A program made the translations under genes and the position numbers. The notes beneath the pieces are model-generated. The model was not told the DNA's origin, did not search any database, and saw nothing but the letters and a program-made list of their open reading frames with translations. A stretch of 64,000 nt of DNA from Octopus vulgaris (taxonomy: Eukaryota): positions 103,540,001-103,604,000 of the forward strand of contig OX597821.1 of NCBI GenBank assembly GCA_951406725.2, in the 5' to 3' direction. Shown here piece by piece: positions 52,390 to 64,000 of the stretch (position 1 is its first letter; each line of letters opens with the position of its first letter).

Positions 52390-52600
52390 GTCGACGAGCT
52401 AATAGAATCGTTGGCACATCGGATAAAGTGTTTAACGGTATTTTTTTTCCGTCTCTTTACGATCCGAGTTGAAATTCCGCTGAGGTCAGCTTTGCCGTTC
52501 ATCCTTTCACAGTCGATAAAATAAATTACTAGCCAAGTTCTGGGAAGAATCGATGTAATCGTTTTACCAGCCCACTAAAATTATTGGCCTGATACAAAAC
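52390..52600 (+). mobile_element. SINE family B, degenerate
   Basis: CGAGCTAATAGAATCGTT..GAGTTGAAATTCCGCTGAGGTC..TTCATCCTTTC. Confidence 0.7.
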
Positions 52601-53009
52601 AATTAGACAGAATGTTTTGTTTTTTTTTAAATCGTTAAAAATCGCACATGTTTACGTGTGGCGGTTGCTGAAGAAAAGAACATATTTTCTTGCCTTGGCA
52701 TTGTTTTTCTGTTATAACGTCTCTTTGCTAAAATGCCGCAAGGCAAACATGACATTGATTTCTCATGCATAATGGTATGCTGCAACTAACAGATTATTGC
52801 TATTCACTTATAGATTATTATTATGTGTTCTTTTAAATACATAAATTAGTCTACAGAGTTCCTGTGTCCTATGGAAGACCTACTAGTTCGTTGAGATTAA
52901 TGCAGGATCTAAAGCTGGGTACGGATATTTATGACGTAAGAAGATTTTATTGAAAGCTCCCAAAACTTTTGATCTGTTATTTCCAACATCTGCTGACTCA
53001 TTAATGGCA

Positions 53010-53582
53010 AGGGGGATAGGCAATTACGCCGACCCTAATACTCGACTGGTACTTTAATTTATCGACCCCGACAAGGTGACAGGCAAAGTCAAAACCACGA
53101 CGGAATTTGAAGTCAGAATGTTAAGACGGAGGAAAAACCGCTAAGCATTTTCCCTGGCGTAATAACGATTCTTTTATACTCTAGGCACAACGCTCGAAAT
53201 TTTTTGGGAAGCGACCAGTCACAACTGGTACTTAATTTATCGACCTCAAAAAGGATGAAAAGCAAAGTCGACCGCGGCGGAATTTGAACGCGGAACGTAA
53301 ATCCAGACGAAATACCGCTAAGCATTTCGCCCTGCGTACTAACGTTTCTTATTTCTTTGTTGCCCACAAGGGACTAAACACAGAGGAGACAAACAAGGAC
53401 AGACAAACAGATGAAGTCGATTACATCGACCCCAGTGCGTAACTGGTACTTAATTTTTCAACCCTGAAAGGATGAAACGCAGTGCCCACTTCGGTGGAAT
53501 TTGAACTCAGAACGTAAAGCCAGACGAAATACCGCCAAGCATTTCGCCTTGCGTGTTAACGTTTCTGCCATCTCGCCGCCTT
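53010..53582 (-). mobile_element. Three tandem SINE family B units
   Basis: GGAATTTGAA..ACCGC.AAGCATTT repeated at about 53101, 53279 and 53496. Confidence 0.87.
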
Positions 53583-53825
53583 CAATACATGAAATAATGC
53601 TAAGTGAGCAAGAAGTGGTCAAAGACTACGTCACATGAAGCTCTAGATTTGATATAGAACTAATATCTTCATAGTATATTTTCCATTACAATCATCGACT
53701 GATAGATATTATCTCGAGTCTTAGTACTGATAATCCCCGTACCTGGATCCAATGACATCTAAGCAACGGTCATAACATTCCCACAGAAAGGAATGCCAGT
53801 CAGTTATTATATATATATATATAAT

Positions 53826-54032
53826 GTGACCTCGTGTGTACCGTTGGCGATTTTTTTTCCTCTGTCTTCCCTTCTCTGGATCGTTCCTTCTCCTATGTTT
53901 CCGACGAAGAGCTCCGCTCGAGACGTTAAACCCTCCTTCTTTCCTTCTTTCCTGAGCGTCCAATAATACTATATTTGTTCCACGTCCTCGCGTTGTTGTG
54001 TTTTTTTGTGCTTTCTTGTTTGGATTAGCTAT
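53826..54032 (+). mobile_element. Family TA-2 element between TA tracts, hammerhead-like motif at 53897-53931
   Basis: GUUU-CCGACGA-A-GAGC(UCC)GCUC-GAGAC-GUU^AAAC; stems I and II pair, two core substitutions. Confidence 0.75.
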
Positions 54033-54042
54033 ATTTATATAT

Positions 54043-54075
<33 letters not shown>

Positions 54076-54090
54076 TAGATATATATAGAT

Positions 54091-54270
54091 ATACCTGTAT
54101 TTCAAGGAGCCAGCCTTGTCTCACTCTGTTTCATACTGAATCTCCCCGAGAACTTCGTTAAGAGTACATGTGTTTGTGGAGTGCTCAGCCACATACACGT
54201 TAATTTCATGAGCAAACTGTTCCGTTGATCGTATCAGCTGGACCCTCGTCGTCACAGCCAACGGAGTGCT

Positions 54271-54272
<2 letters not shown>
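54091..54272 (+). mobile_element. SINE family F, 3' module only
   Basis: TACCTGTATTTCAA..CAGCCTTGTC..GTGGAGTGCTCAGCCAC..TGTTCCGTTGATCG. Confidence 0.8.
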
Positions 54273-54337
<65 letters not shown>

Positions 54338-55251
54338 TATGCAGAAAGACAGACAGGCACATACACAAACATGCATGCAAGGTAATGTAAAGAATTTGAT
54401 TACGTCAGAAGCTATTGTTCACCCGAAACAGCTGTGAAGATTAGACTATTGAATAACTTATTTTGCGTGCTTTCTGTTCTTTATTTCATGCGCTGTATTT
54501 TGTATTCCATGCAAACTCATTAATTCTAATCTGCTCATCTTCGTTCCTACTTCTCTGTGTCCATATGCATACATATATATATACATACTTACATGTAAAT
54601 GCACATACATGTGTGTGTATGTGTGCGTGTTTCTCTATTAGTCAATACACATTTTCTCGTATAATTTATTTCAAAAGCCCATAAACATAGCATTAAGCGA
54701 TAAAAATAATCCTTTCTCTGTTGAAATATTCGTCACGTTGTCCTAAGAATTATGACCACAACTATAAGTTTAGAAGAAGCTCTAGCGATAACTTAACACG
54801 TTCGAATATGTGTATCTTGCTGGCAGCCTTTATGGCAATTTCGAGTTGTTGGAAATGCACCTGTTACCTATCGTATGAGCAATTCTTGCAAATTAGGAAG
54901 AATCACCCATTGTTTCTAATAGTAGGAGGTCAGCTAATTGATGTATAACAATCCTCATTTGCCTCTGTATTTTCAAGCCGAGTATCTCATTAATCTTAGT
55001 TTGCTCTGCGGAGTAAATTATGAAGCTTCTGGTTTTAGTACTTAGAATTAACGAAAGTATTCTAAAACAATTTCCCTTCTTCTCTCCCCCACTCTCTTTC
55101 AGACACTCACGCACGGAAACATACACAGAGACAAAAACACGCTATCGCATACATATTATGTAACGCAATGAAGCTGTATATCTGAGATAACGATAATATA
55201 TATGGTTGGGATAATGATAAGGTTAAGGAACCGCTTAGCGCGAAATTATAA

Positions 55252-55440
<189 letters not shown>

Positions 55441-56089
55441 CACATATAATATAATATAATAATAGTAATAATAACAATAATGATATAATAATGATGATAA
55501 TAATAGGAGGAGGAGGAGAAGAATATATATATATAAACATACATATATATATACATTCATACATACATATATATATATATATATAAATATAAACATATAT
55601 ATATAAAGACACACACACACACATATATATATAGCCATTTCAAATAAGCAAAGAATTAAAGTATTCAAATAAACAAATATAAACACACACACACAGACAC
55701 GCATACGTATATATGTATGTATATTTGCGTATATATATATTTAAGATTGTATATGTGTTCTTCATATATATTCACATGTAGCCTTCAGGTCTGTATCAGA
55801 AACAATTAACGAAAAATTAACAAAAACCTGCGTCCTTCATATTGTTAATTAACCGAATCCAAAACCTGATTTATGATTCATTGTTTGAAAAATCAGCTGC
55901 ATAAATAAATTCTGCGTGATATTTAGGCAAAAGAGAAAAGATTTGAAAAGGAGGTAGTTACTTGATTAGAGGAATCAAGTGTACATGATCTGATTTATCG
56001 ATCTTGCATTTAAAACTTATAATAAACAATAATGGCGTGATATAGTTTAATGAGTGCCTACCAGTACTAATTTTTTGTGCATATTGATC

Positions 56090-56470
56090 GTGGTACTCCG
56101 TCGGTTACGAGGATGAGGGTTCCAGTTGATACGATCAACGGAACAGCCTGCTTGTGAAATTAACGTGCAAGTGGCTGAGCACTCCACAGACACATGTACA
56201 CTTATCGTAGTCCTCGGTAAGATTCAGCGTGATACAGTTTGTGACAAGGTTGGCCCTTTGAAATATAGGTACACCGGAAACAGAAAGAATGAATGAGAGA
56301 AAGTTGCGATGAAAGAGTACAGCAGGATTCGCCACCACCTTTGCTGGAGCCTCGTGGATCTTTAGGCGTTTTCTCTCAATAAACACTCACATCGCCCGGT
56401 CTGGGAATGGTAACCGCGATCCCACGACTGCGTATCCGTTGCCCTAAGAACTGAGCCATTGCGCCTCCAC
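56090..56470 (-). mobile_element. tRNA-derived SINE family F, full length
   Basis: Head GTGGAGGCGCAATGGCTCAG shared with family E; 3' module shared with 46188 and 54091. Confidence 0.87.
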
Positions 56471-56916
56471 GCATATTGATAGGCAAATTGAGAAAGTACG
56501 AACACGTAATATATATTTGAATTAGCACTCAAAGCACCAACATCCACTTATAGCCATAAACACACAAACGTACGTACACGGTTGCAAATGTGGCGTAGGG
56601 GAACAACAAAGAACGTTAGAAAAACTCTCAAAGGAAGCGAATATGATTAATTATCACCCGAATATCATCACAAACCCGACATCTTATCACACACACACAA
56701 ACACACACACACACACACTCACACACACACATACACACACACACACATGTACATATATAAATGTATATGTATATATGTATGTATGCATATATATGTGTAC
56801 ATATCTATATATATATATATAATTGTATGTATATCTATATGCGTATATATATGTATATGTCCCTTTCTCTCTCATTCTCACTCTCTCTCTCTCTCGCTCT
56901 CTCTCTGTATATATAT

Positions 56917-57420
56917 AATGCAAATAATCAGAAAATAGAGAAAACCTCAGATTAACCAACACATCGGTTGGACTGCATTTATAGCTTATTTTTTAATACA
57001 AAGCATGACATAAACAAATAGGCGAAGTAACATATCTTACGGCCATTACTGATCGGATTGCCAAAATGCAGTCTATAAATAAATGCGAGAATGAAGTTCT
57101 TCATCTTCATAAGGCATTCGAAATTAAGTTACGGATCTTTATCAGAGTAAAAAACAAGAGCATATAATATAAACAAAGGGAAGAAGGAAAAGGAAAGAAA
57201 ACATGGCCTAGACAAAAAATCTAGAAGTCCAATATGTTTACTAGCATCAATGACCTCGTAGCCCCTTGATGGTAAATTATATGCTTTTAACAAATTGGGC
57301 TTCTAGTTTTTTTAGGCCATGTTTTCTTTCATTTGTATTAAAAAAATAAGCTATAAATGTGGCCCAGTCTATGTGTTTTTTAAACTGAGGGTTTCTCTAT
57401 TTTCTGATTATTTGTATTTG
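56917..57420. repeat. TA-adjacent fold-back element with a split left arm
   Basis: 57287-57420 is the reverse complement of 57190-57240 plus 56917-57003. Confidence 0.78.
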
Positions 57421-57679
57421 TTTCCTGATAACCTCTTGTTTATCCTGTTGTTACCTGCACTCTACGGGCATAATTTGCTTGCACACCAATACCTAGGGAT
57501 AACAAGGATCACATTTACCGATAGTGTACACGGATATTTTAAGCCTTAGTCGGTTATTATAACCACTAACTCTGTTTACACTATATATATATATATATAT
57601 AATAAATATTAGGGAATAAATCCAAATTTACAGGGAAAAAATCAGATTTAGGATTAAATCCAATTTTATAGTAAAATAT

Positions 57680-57823
57680 TATATAATATTAATTAGAGAC
57701 AAAACCACTATTTTGTAAAACAAACAAGGAAAGACTTAATCAATACATAAAATTTTATTAAAATTTTATGTATTGATTAAGTCTTTCCTTGTTTGTTTTA
57801 CAAAATAGTGGTTTTGTCTCTAA

Positions 57824-57836
<13 letters not shown>
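57680..57836. repeat. Perfect 157-bp palindrome (78-bp arms, 1-nt centre at 57758) in a TA-flanked insert
   Basis: Arms checked by eye: ..AATCAATACATAAAATTTTA-T-TAAAATTTTATGTATTGATT.. Confidence 0.93.
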
Positions 57837-57862
<26 letters not shown>

Positions 57863-57905
57863 TATAAGTATATGCATATATATATATGTATATATATATA
57901 TGTAC

Positions 57906-57957
<52 letters not shown>

Positions 57958-58847
57958 GTGTGTATATATCACCTGTGAGTAAATCAAAACCATTTAATTC
58001 CATGATCTATTTATATTTAACAACTGTATGAATTTAATAAAAGCATCTAAATATGAAACATCATGAAAATTGTTCAAACTGAAGTCCTTGGGCGACACAG
58101 TTTTCCATTCGAGTCAATACAGATTTACAGATAGTATTTATGGAATTTTGATTTACTGTCGGGTGACGTTTGGCCAACCCTGTATATATTAACATTCCTC
58201 ATAGCACCGAATATAGCACATGACTTGTCTAACTGGTACAGATCTTGCTGAAATGCTTCAGCGATTAATTATAGATAATTATATATATATTATATAAATC
58301 TTCAGTAAAGAAGTACAATAGAATCAGCAAAGATGAAACAGTATTGTATGAAAGAAATATGTTCTGCACCAACTGACGGTGAATCGTTCTTTATTGTGAG
58401 AAATCAACTAATCAGGCGATATCGTAAACACTGACGTTTGTACATGTATATATGTATAAATTTGCATTATGCATGTATTTAAATCCCTCCAGAAGTCTTT
58501 AATGTGCGATGGCATTATTACGCTCCTGTGCGTCAGTGCAAGAATGGAAAAAGCAGTGAGCAGCAGAGAGAGCTAAAATATCAGACTGACGTAAAAACAA
58601 TCGTTCAGAATCATGTATAGCAAAAGTATGCAGCTGATATGCATGCATGTATGCATATATAGAGAAAAATACAGTGAGGGAGAATAAAGAAAAAGGAAAA
58701 CAAACAGTTGGAGTTGTATGACAAGTGCCAGCATTTTTCAGGAACACTCCACTACCACTACGTGTACTATAATCACTTCCGATGACATCACATCCTCTAT
58801 ATTACAATCAAAAATTGATTTATTAACTGTTCTGGTGGTGTTAAAGT

Positions 58848-59075
58848 AGAGATGCGTGGCTTAATGGTTAGCCCGTTGGGCTCATGATTGTAAGATTGTA
58901 GTTTCGATTTTTGGAAGCATGAAATACTCCATTTTATGTTTCTCCGGGAGAGGGGGCACTCAGTTGGCAAAAGGAGTAATCCTGCGACCTACTGGGATCC
59001 CGTCTAGGTGGGAAATATATACGTCATGGAACCTGGGAAACCGGTTCTATGAGACTGTATGACTTGGGGAGGATC
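58848..59075 (+). mobile_element. Degenerate tRNA-derived SINE (D-like head, E-like tail)
   Basis: GCGTGGCTTAATGGTTAG..GTTTCGATT; CCTGCGAC.TACTGG..TCCCGTC.AG..GGGAAACCGG. Confidence 0.6.
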
Positions 59076-59984
59076 TCTGATAATAGTGGTGACTGTAGCG
59101 TTGGTGTAGGATATAGTAATAGCAGTGGGGTGGCGGCGGCTGTAATTTTGGGTAGTAGTGGTGGCAGTAATCATAATGTTGGTGGCAGTACTAGCAATAA
59201 TGATTATAGTATTTTGATGGCGGTAGTTGTGTTATTCGTGGTAGCAGTGATGATGTTGACAGCAGTGGGGGGAAGTGCGTTGTTCCGATTGAGAGTTCCA
59301 ACATGCAAATAAACCCATACCTGGAACCCTAATTAATCTGGCTCAGAGTAGACCTGGAAAAAATAGTGACAATGAGATGATTCCATACTCTTCAAATCTC
59401 AGGAATTTATAAACCAGGGACGCCCGCAACCGGATTTAGTTTAAAATAAGAGTAAATACTAGTTTCGGTAGAGAAGCAATAAATGTTAATAGCACCAACT
59501 ACAGGTTCTGAAATGTCTAAGATTACGTGTTCTAAACGTGTACAGTACATATGTACTGTAACTAATATATACACACAACAGTCATATTTATAGATGCATT
59601 GTATAAGTAATTCATAGCGTTAATCGATAAACGATATATAAAGACGTAATATTTATAGATTTTTTTTTGCCACAGATTCGGAGGAAATTTCGACAATGCC
59701 TTCAGCTGATTAAACCAATAGTGTTTCAGGTCAGATAGCAATTTTTTAAATTGTTCGTGTCTACGTTTATTTTATTTATTTTTTTTTCTCATTTGACTTT
59801 CATGTGAGACTTCGCACGATATATTATTTTTGCTAAAGTGAAAAAATATTTTACCTAAAGTAATAGAAAGCAATCTTGGAAAATGGATATAACTTAATAT
59901 TCTGAAGAGAAAAATAAATACTACATTGTATATTTATGCATATATATTTAACAGTATCTCTCTGTCTGTCTGTCTCTTTCTCTC

Positions 59985-60019
<35 letters not shown>

Positions 60020-60021
<2 letters not shown>

Positions 60022-60049
60022 TTATTTATATGTGCATATATAATAATTT

Positions 60050-60089
<40 letters not shown>

Positions 60090-60274
60090 CATGGATATAC
60101 CTGTATACAAATAATTATATAAATATATATGTATAAAATTGTTACGTACATTCAGCATATATTTACATGCATAACATTCAAACACACACATACACACACA
60201 TATATATATGCCTGTGTGTGTGATTGTCTATGTGTTTGAGTGTGTGTGTTAAAGTGTTACGTCTTCACTAGGAC
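60020..60274 (+). repeat. Local direct duplication, copy 1 (copy 2 at 62492-62748)
   Basis: About 255 bp nearly identical apart from microsatellite lengths; both end GTCTTCACTAGGAC. Confidence 0.9.
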
Positions 60275-60604
60275 TTCACACTTGCTATATATATGTATAT
60301 ATTTATGTATATATATATATATGTATATGTGTGTTTTATAATATATTTATATTATACTCGTACTTACTTTTACGTAGCTCTAACATGACTAAAGCCAACA
60401 TTGGTTCACACCTTGCCTAATTGGAATGTAGAGTTATTTTAGCCATGTTTTCTGCATTCAAGCAATAGGTTGTTTAAAGCCAGGTCCATTCTCAAAGGGA
60501 GCAAATATGAATAGCATTTAATATTCTATAGCAAAGAATTTAGATATAAGAAAAGACGAGGGAGAGAAAAAGACAGCAGAGTGAATCCTTTAAATATTTA
60601 GGTA

Positions 60605-60755
60605 GGTACAGGCATAACTATGTGATAGGAAAATTGCTTCCCAACTAGGTGATTTGGGGTTCAGTCCCACTACCAGCCACATTGGGTTAGTGTCCTCTAC
60701 TATAGCCCTGAAGTCTCTTGAGCAAATTTTGGTAACAGAAACTGGAAAAAAAGAC
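60605..60755 (+). mobile_element. SINE family A, degenerate 5' half
   Basis: GGGTTCAGTCCCACT..GTGTCCTCTACTATAGCC..TTTGGTA..GAAACTG. Confidence 0.65.
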
Positions 60756-60849
60756 ATATATATATATATATATATGAATGTATATAAATAAATAACAATA
60801 AATATATATATATATATATATATACATGTATACATATATGTATATACAT

Positions 60850-60900
<51 letters not shown>

Positions 60901-60986
60901 AGGAAAATGGTAAGACAACAAAAGAATGAAAGAGACCACGATATTATGTAAATAGACGAATTTATCTGTAAATGCAATATGTGACA

Positions 60987-61029
<43 letters not shown>

Positions 61030-62230
61030 CCATGCTAACAGGTAAAATCGAACTCAAAATTTAGTAAATGTATATTTTAAATAATATTTAGCAAAATAAA
61101 TTCAAATTTCACAAGAGCCAACGCACGAAACTCTCAGCCCTTGAGTCACTGTTCTTTCCGCTAAATATTAATATGTGTGTGTGTGTGTGCGTGCGTGCAT
61201 GCGTTTGTGTGTGTATGGGTGTTGCGCTTGTATGTATCTGTATATATGAGAAAAAATTGTTAAGCTTTTTTCTACAATATAATTCTAACTCTAAAGATAA
61301 CCATCCAGATATCATAATCAGATTTCAGTAACATTTCTGTGAAATTCTGTGCTACGTATAAATTCATGATTATCAATTCCATAGCATTGTAATTCCTTTC
61401 GAAATTTGTTTTTCTAGTTCTTGTAATTCACGTCCCCGCAGACTCTTACAAAAGGTGATAATTCACACAAGCATACATACGCTTTTACTTTCCAGATCAC
61501 AAGTGGATATCCTTTTATTTTGCTAATCCTTATCTATTGGCGTTATTTATTCATATAGATATGTGAACCTTCCTTTGGTGTGCGTACCGTGGTTACTTTC
61601 ACTCGGAATGGCTTACACATTTACAAGCAAAACATAAACACACGCACACACATATATGAATAGATACATACACACATAAATGCAAATGCTCACGTTTATA
61701 GTTTTGTGTTAGATTTACATTCAGATTTTCGCATAGTCACACATACACAGATACCCGCGTGCGCACACACTAACGCACACACACACACATATACATTAAT
61801 GCACACGTACGTAATGCATACACACACATTTATTTGTGAATGCTCATGCAAACAAAAACCGCGTATAATTGGTATATGAATGCAGTTCTCAGGAAAAAAA
61901 ATAAACGTTATTTTAATGGGAAGAGAAATTATTTCTCTTCAATTTCGACGAAGTGCCTTGCAAAAGCCCTATATGTTTGTTAATGTAGTGCAATCTTTGT
62001 GATGTGTCTGGATGTAATAGGAAATGAAGAGTATACATTAAACGGGACCAGAATAATTGCCAGCTTATTAACAAAACGTATTCAAGTCTTGCTAAAATAT
62101 AGGAAACATATTGATATACATACATACATATGTATATAAATATATATATATATATTAATTTATATATATATAAATATATATATATATATTAATTTATATA
62201 TATATAAATATATATATATGTATACCTATA

Positions 62231-62268
<38 letters not shown>

Positions 62269-62423
62269 TAATTTATATATATAAATAAATATATGTATAC
62301 CTATATGATATATATATATATATATATACGAATATATATATATATATGTGTATATGTAAATATATATATGTATATATATATGTAGAGAGCGAGCGAGAGA
62401 GAGAGAGAGATAGATAGATAGAT

Positions 62424-62464
<41 letters not shown>

Positions 62465-62521
62465 TTTACATGCATGCACATTTCTAAAATTATTTACTTA
62501 TATGTGCATTTATAATAATTT

Positions 62522-62569
<48 letters not shown>

Positions 62570-62999
62570 CATGGATATACATGTATACAAATAATTATAT
62601 AAATATATATTTATAAAATTGTTACGTACATTCAGCATATATTTACATGCATAACATTCAAACACACACACACACATATATATATATGCCTGTGTGATTG
62701 TCTATGTGTTTGAGTGTGTGTGTTAAAGTGTTACGTCTTCACTAGGACAAATTGTTGTGTTCACATTTAAGATGATATCGCATTTGAGAATGTTTTCAGA
62801 TGCGTATTTGTCTATTATACATTTTGCTATACGTTTTAAGATAATTAAAACTCCGATTTAAGAATAAATATGTCGACTCTCAAATATAGGTAAGATTGAG
62901 TATACATTCCATTAGTTAAATAACAGAATGTACGTGAATTATATTTTGCGAATAATAATTATTAGGCTTTTTATTTTTTCTTGCTGGTTATATATTCAT

Positions 63000-63225
63000 T
63001 AGAATTCCGCCATGTTTTAAGTTCGACTTGAATGGTAATACGTGCATTCTACATAGAACGATATTTTGCCTGGTGTTGCATTCATAGATTCGCTTCGCGA
63101 GTGAAGATTTACAGAGGGAGATATCCACGTCTGTTACAGGTTGGCTGACGCCTGACGTGTCCAATTCGAGACCAAGCGGCACGATCACAGAGGCCGCATT
63201 AGAAGGTCGTCTGATTGGGTCTGGC
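63000..63225. promoter_or_regulatory. Candidate promoter-like motif cluster
   Basis: YY1-like CCGCCATGTTTT (63007), TGACG/TGACGT (63146, 63153), CCAAT (63161) and CTGATTGG (63211) in unique, CpG-retaining sequence. Confidence 0.35.
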
Positions 63226-63524
63226 TTTGTTTTTTCCTCATCTCTCTCTTGACCCCAAGGATGGTCCTGCGGCTGTTTTTAAAGGAGGCTATTGCTCTTA
63301 TTTCCTTGTTATCAATGGATACAGATATGAAGAGCGTCCACTAATATCAGCTGAGACCACCGAGTCGGAGATAGATGCTGCTGGGTATCTGTGTGAAAGT
63401 TTAGCACCTTTCTTTTCCTCAAACTATAATATAAACGTGCAGCCACACACAAACACACACACACACATGCTCGCATATATTCATATGTACATGTGTGTAC
63501 ATTGTATATATATATATATATATA

Positions 63525-63704
63525 TATAGGGAGAGTTTACGAAAAAACAAAAGACGAAGACAGGTGGTGTACAAAACAAACAGATGTATTAGCATAACGC
63601 TCAGGAATAGAAAAAGTCTTTTACGTTTCGAGCCTACGCTCTTCTACAGAAAGGGACACAGAAAAAGCAAGGAGAGAAACAAGGAGAAAAAATGTGTACA
63701 GTGG

Positions 63705-63706
<2 letters not shown>
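63525..63706 (-). mobile_element. Family TA-1 copy between TA tracts, hammerhead-like motif at 63618-63653
   Basis: CUUU-CUGUAGA-A-GAGC(GUAG)GCUC-GAAAC-GUA^AAAG. Confidence 0.8.
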
Positions 63707-63752
<46 letters not shown>

Positions 63753-64000
63753 ATGTATGTATATATATATATACATGTACATATACACATAGTATACCCA
63801 CTACACAAAACTACAGACAATAGACCCATAGACACAAACATATAATTTCATTTGTCAAAGTTTACTCAAAAGATTTTTGATCAACGAAGAGTGTTCATAG
63901 AAATTATCCGCCCAGAATAAATCCGCGGGATCGAACACTGCATTGGGTCTTTGCAAATCCAGCCTATCTGTACATTGAGAATGGTTCAAGAAGAAAGGAT

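Overview
AT-rich eukaryotic non-coding DNA saturated with microsatellites ((TA)n, (CA)n, (TACA)n, (GATA)n, (TAA)n, (GA)n) and short interspersed repeats. The repeat repertoire looks like an octopus (coleoid cephalopod) intron or intergenic region; this is an inference from repeat style. I recognise no intact protein-coding gene, and nearly all listed ORFs are microsatellite or SINE read-throughs. The only recognisable protein remnant is a decayed C-terminus (CCHC knuckle plus restriction-like endonuclease) of an R4/Dong-type non-LTR retrotransposon at about 41.0-41.8 kb. The window holds more than 40 tRNA-derived SINE copies from about 6 families, a canonical non-autonomous Helitron, a Helentron-like element nested in a pogo/Tigger-like MITE, a mariner MITE and a possible solo LTR. 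The most notable signal is a set of minimal type I hammerhead-ribozyme motifs in two settings: (i) the tail of a tRNA-headed, (TAA)n-containing SINE, one copy of which has a Penelope-style inverted 5' tail duplicate, and (ii) several families of short (TA)n-embedded elements, many with fold-back arms. In one hairpin pair the arms co-vary within each copy. Family labels A-H and TA-1..4 are my own working names; boundaries were read by eye and are approximate.
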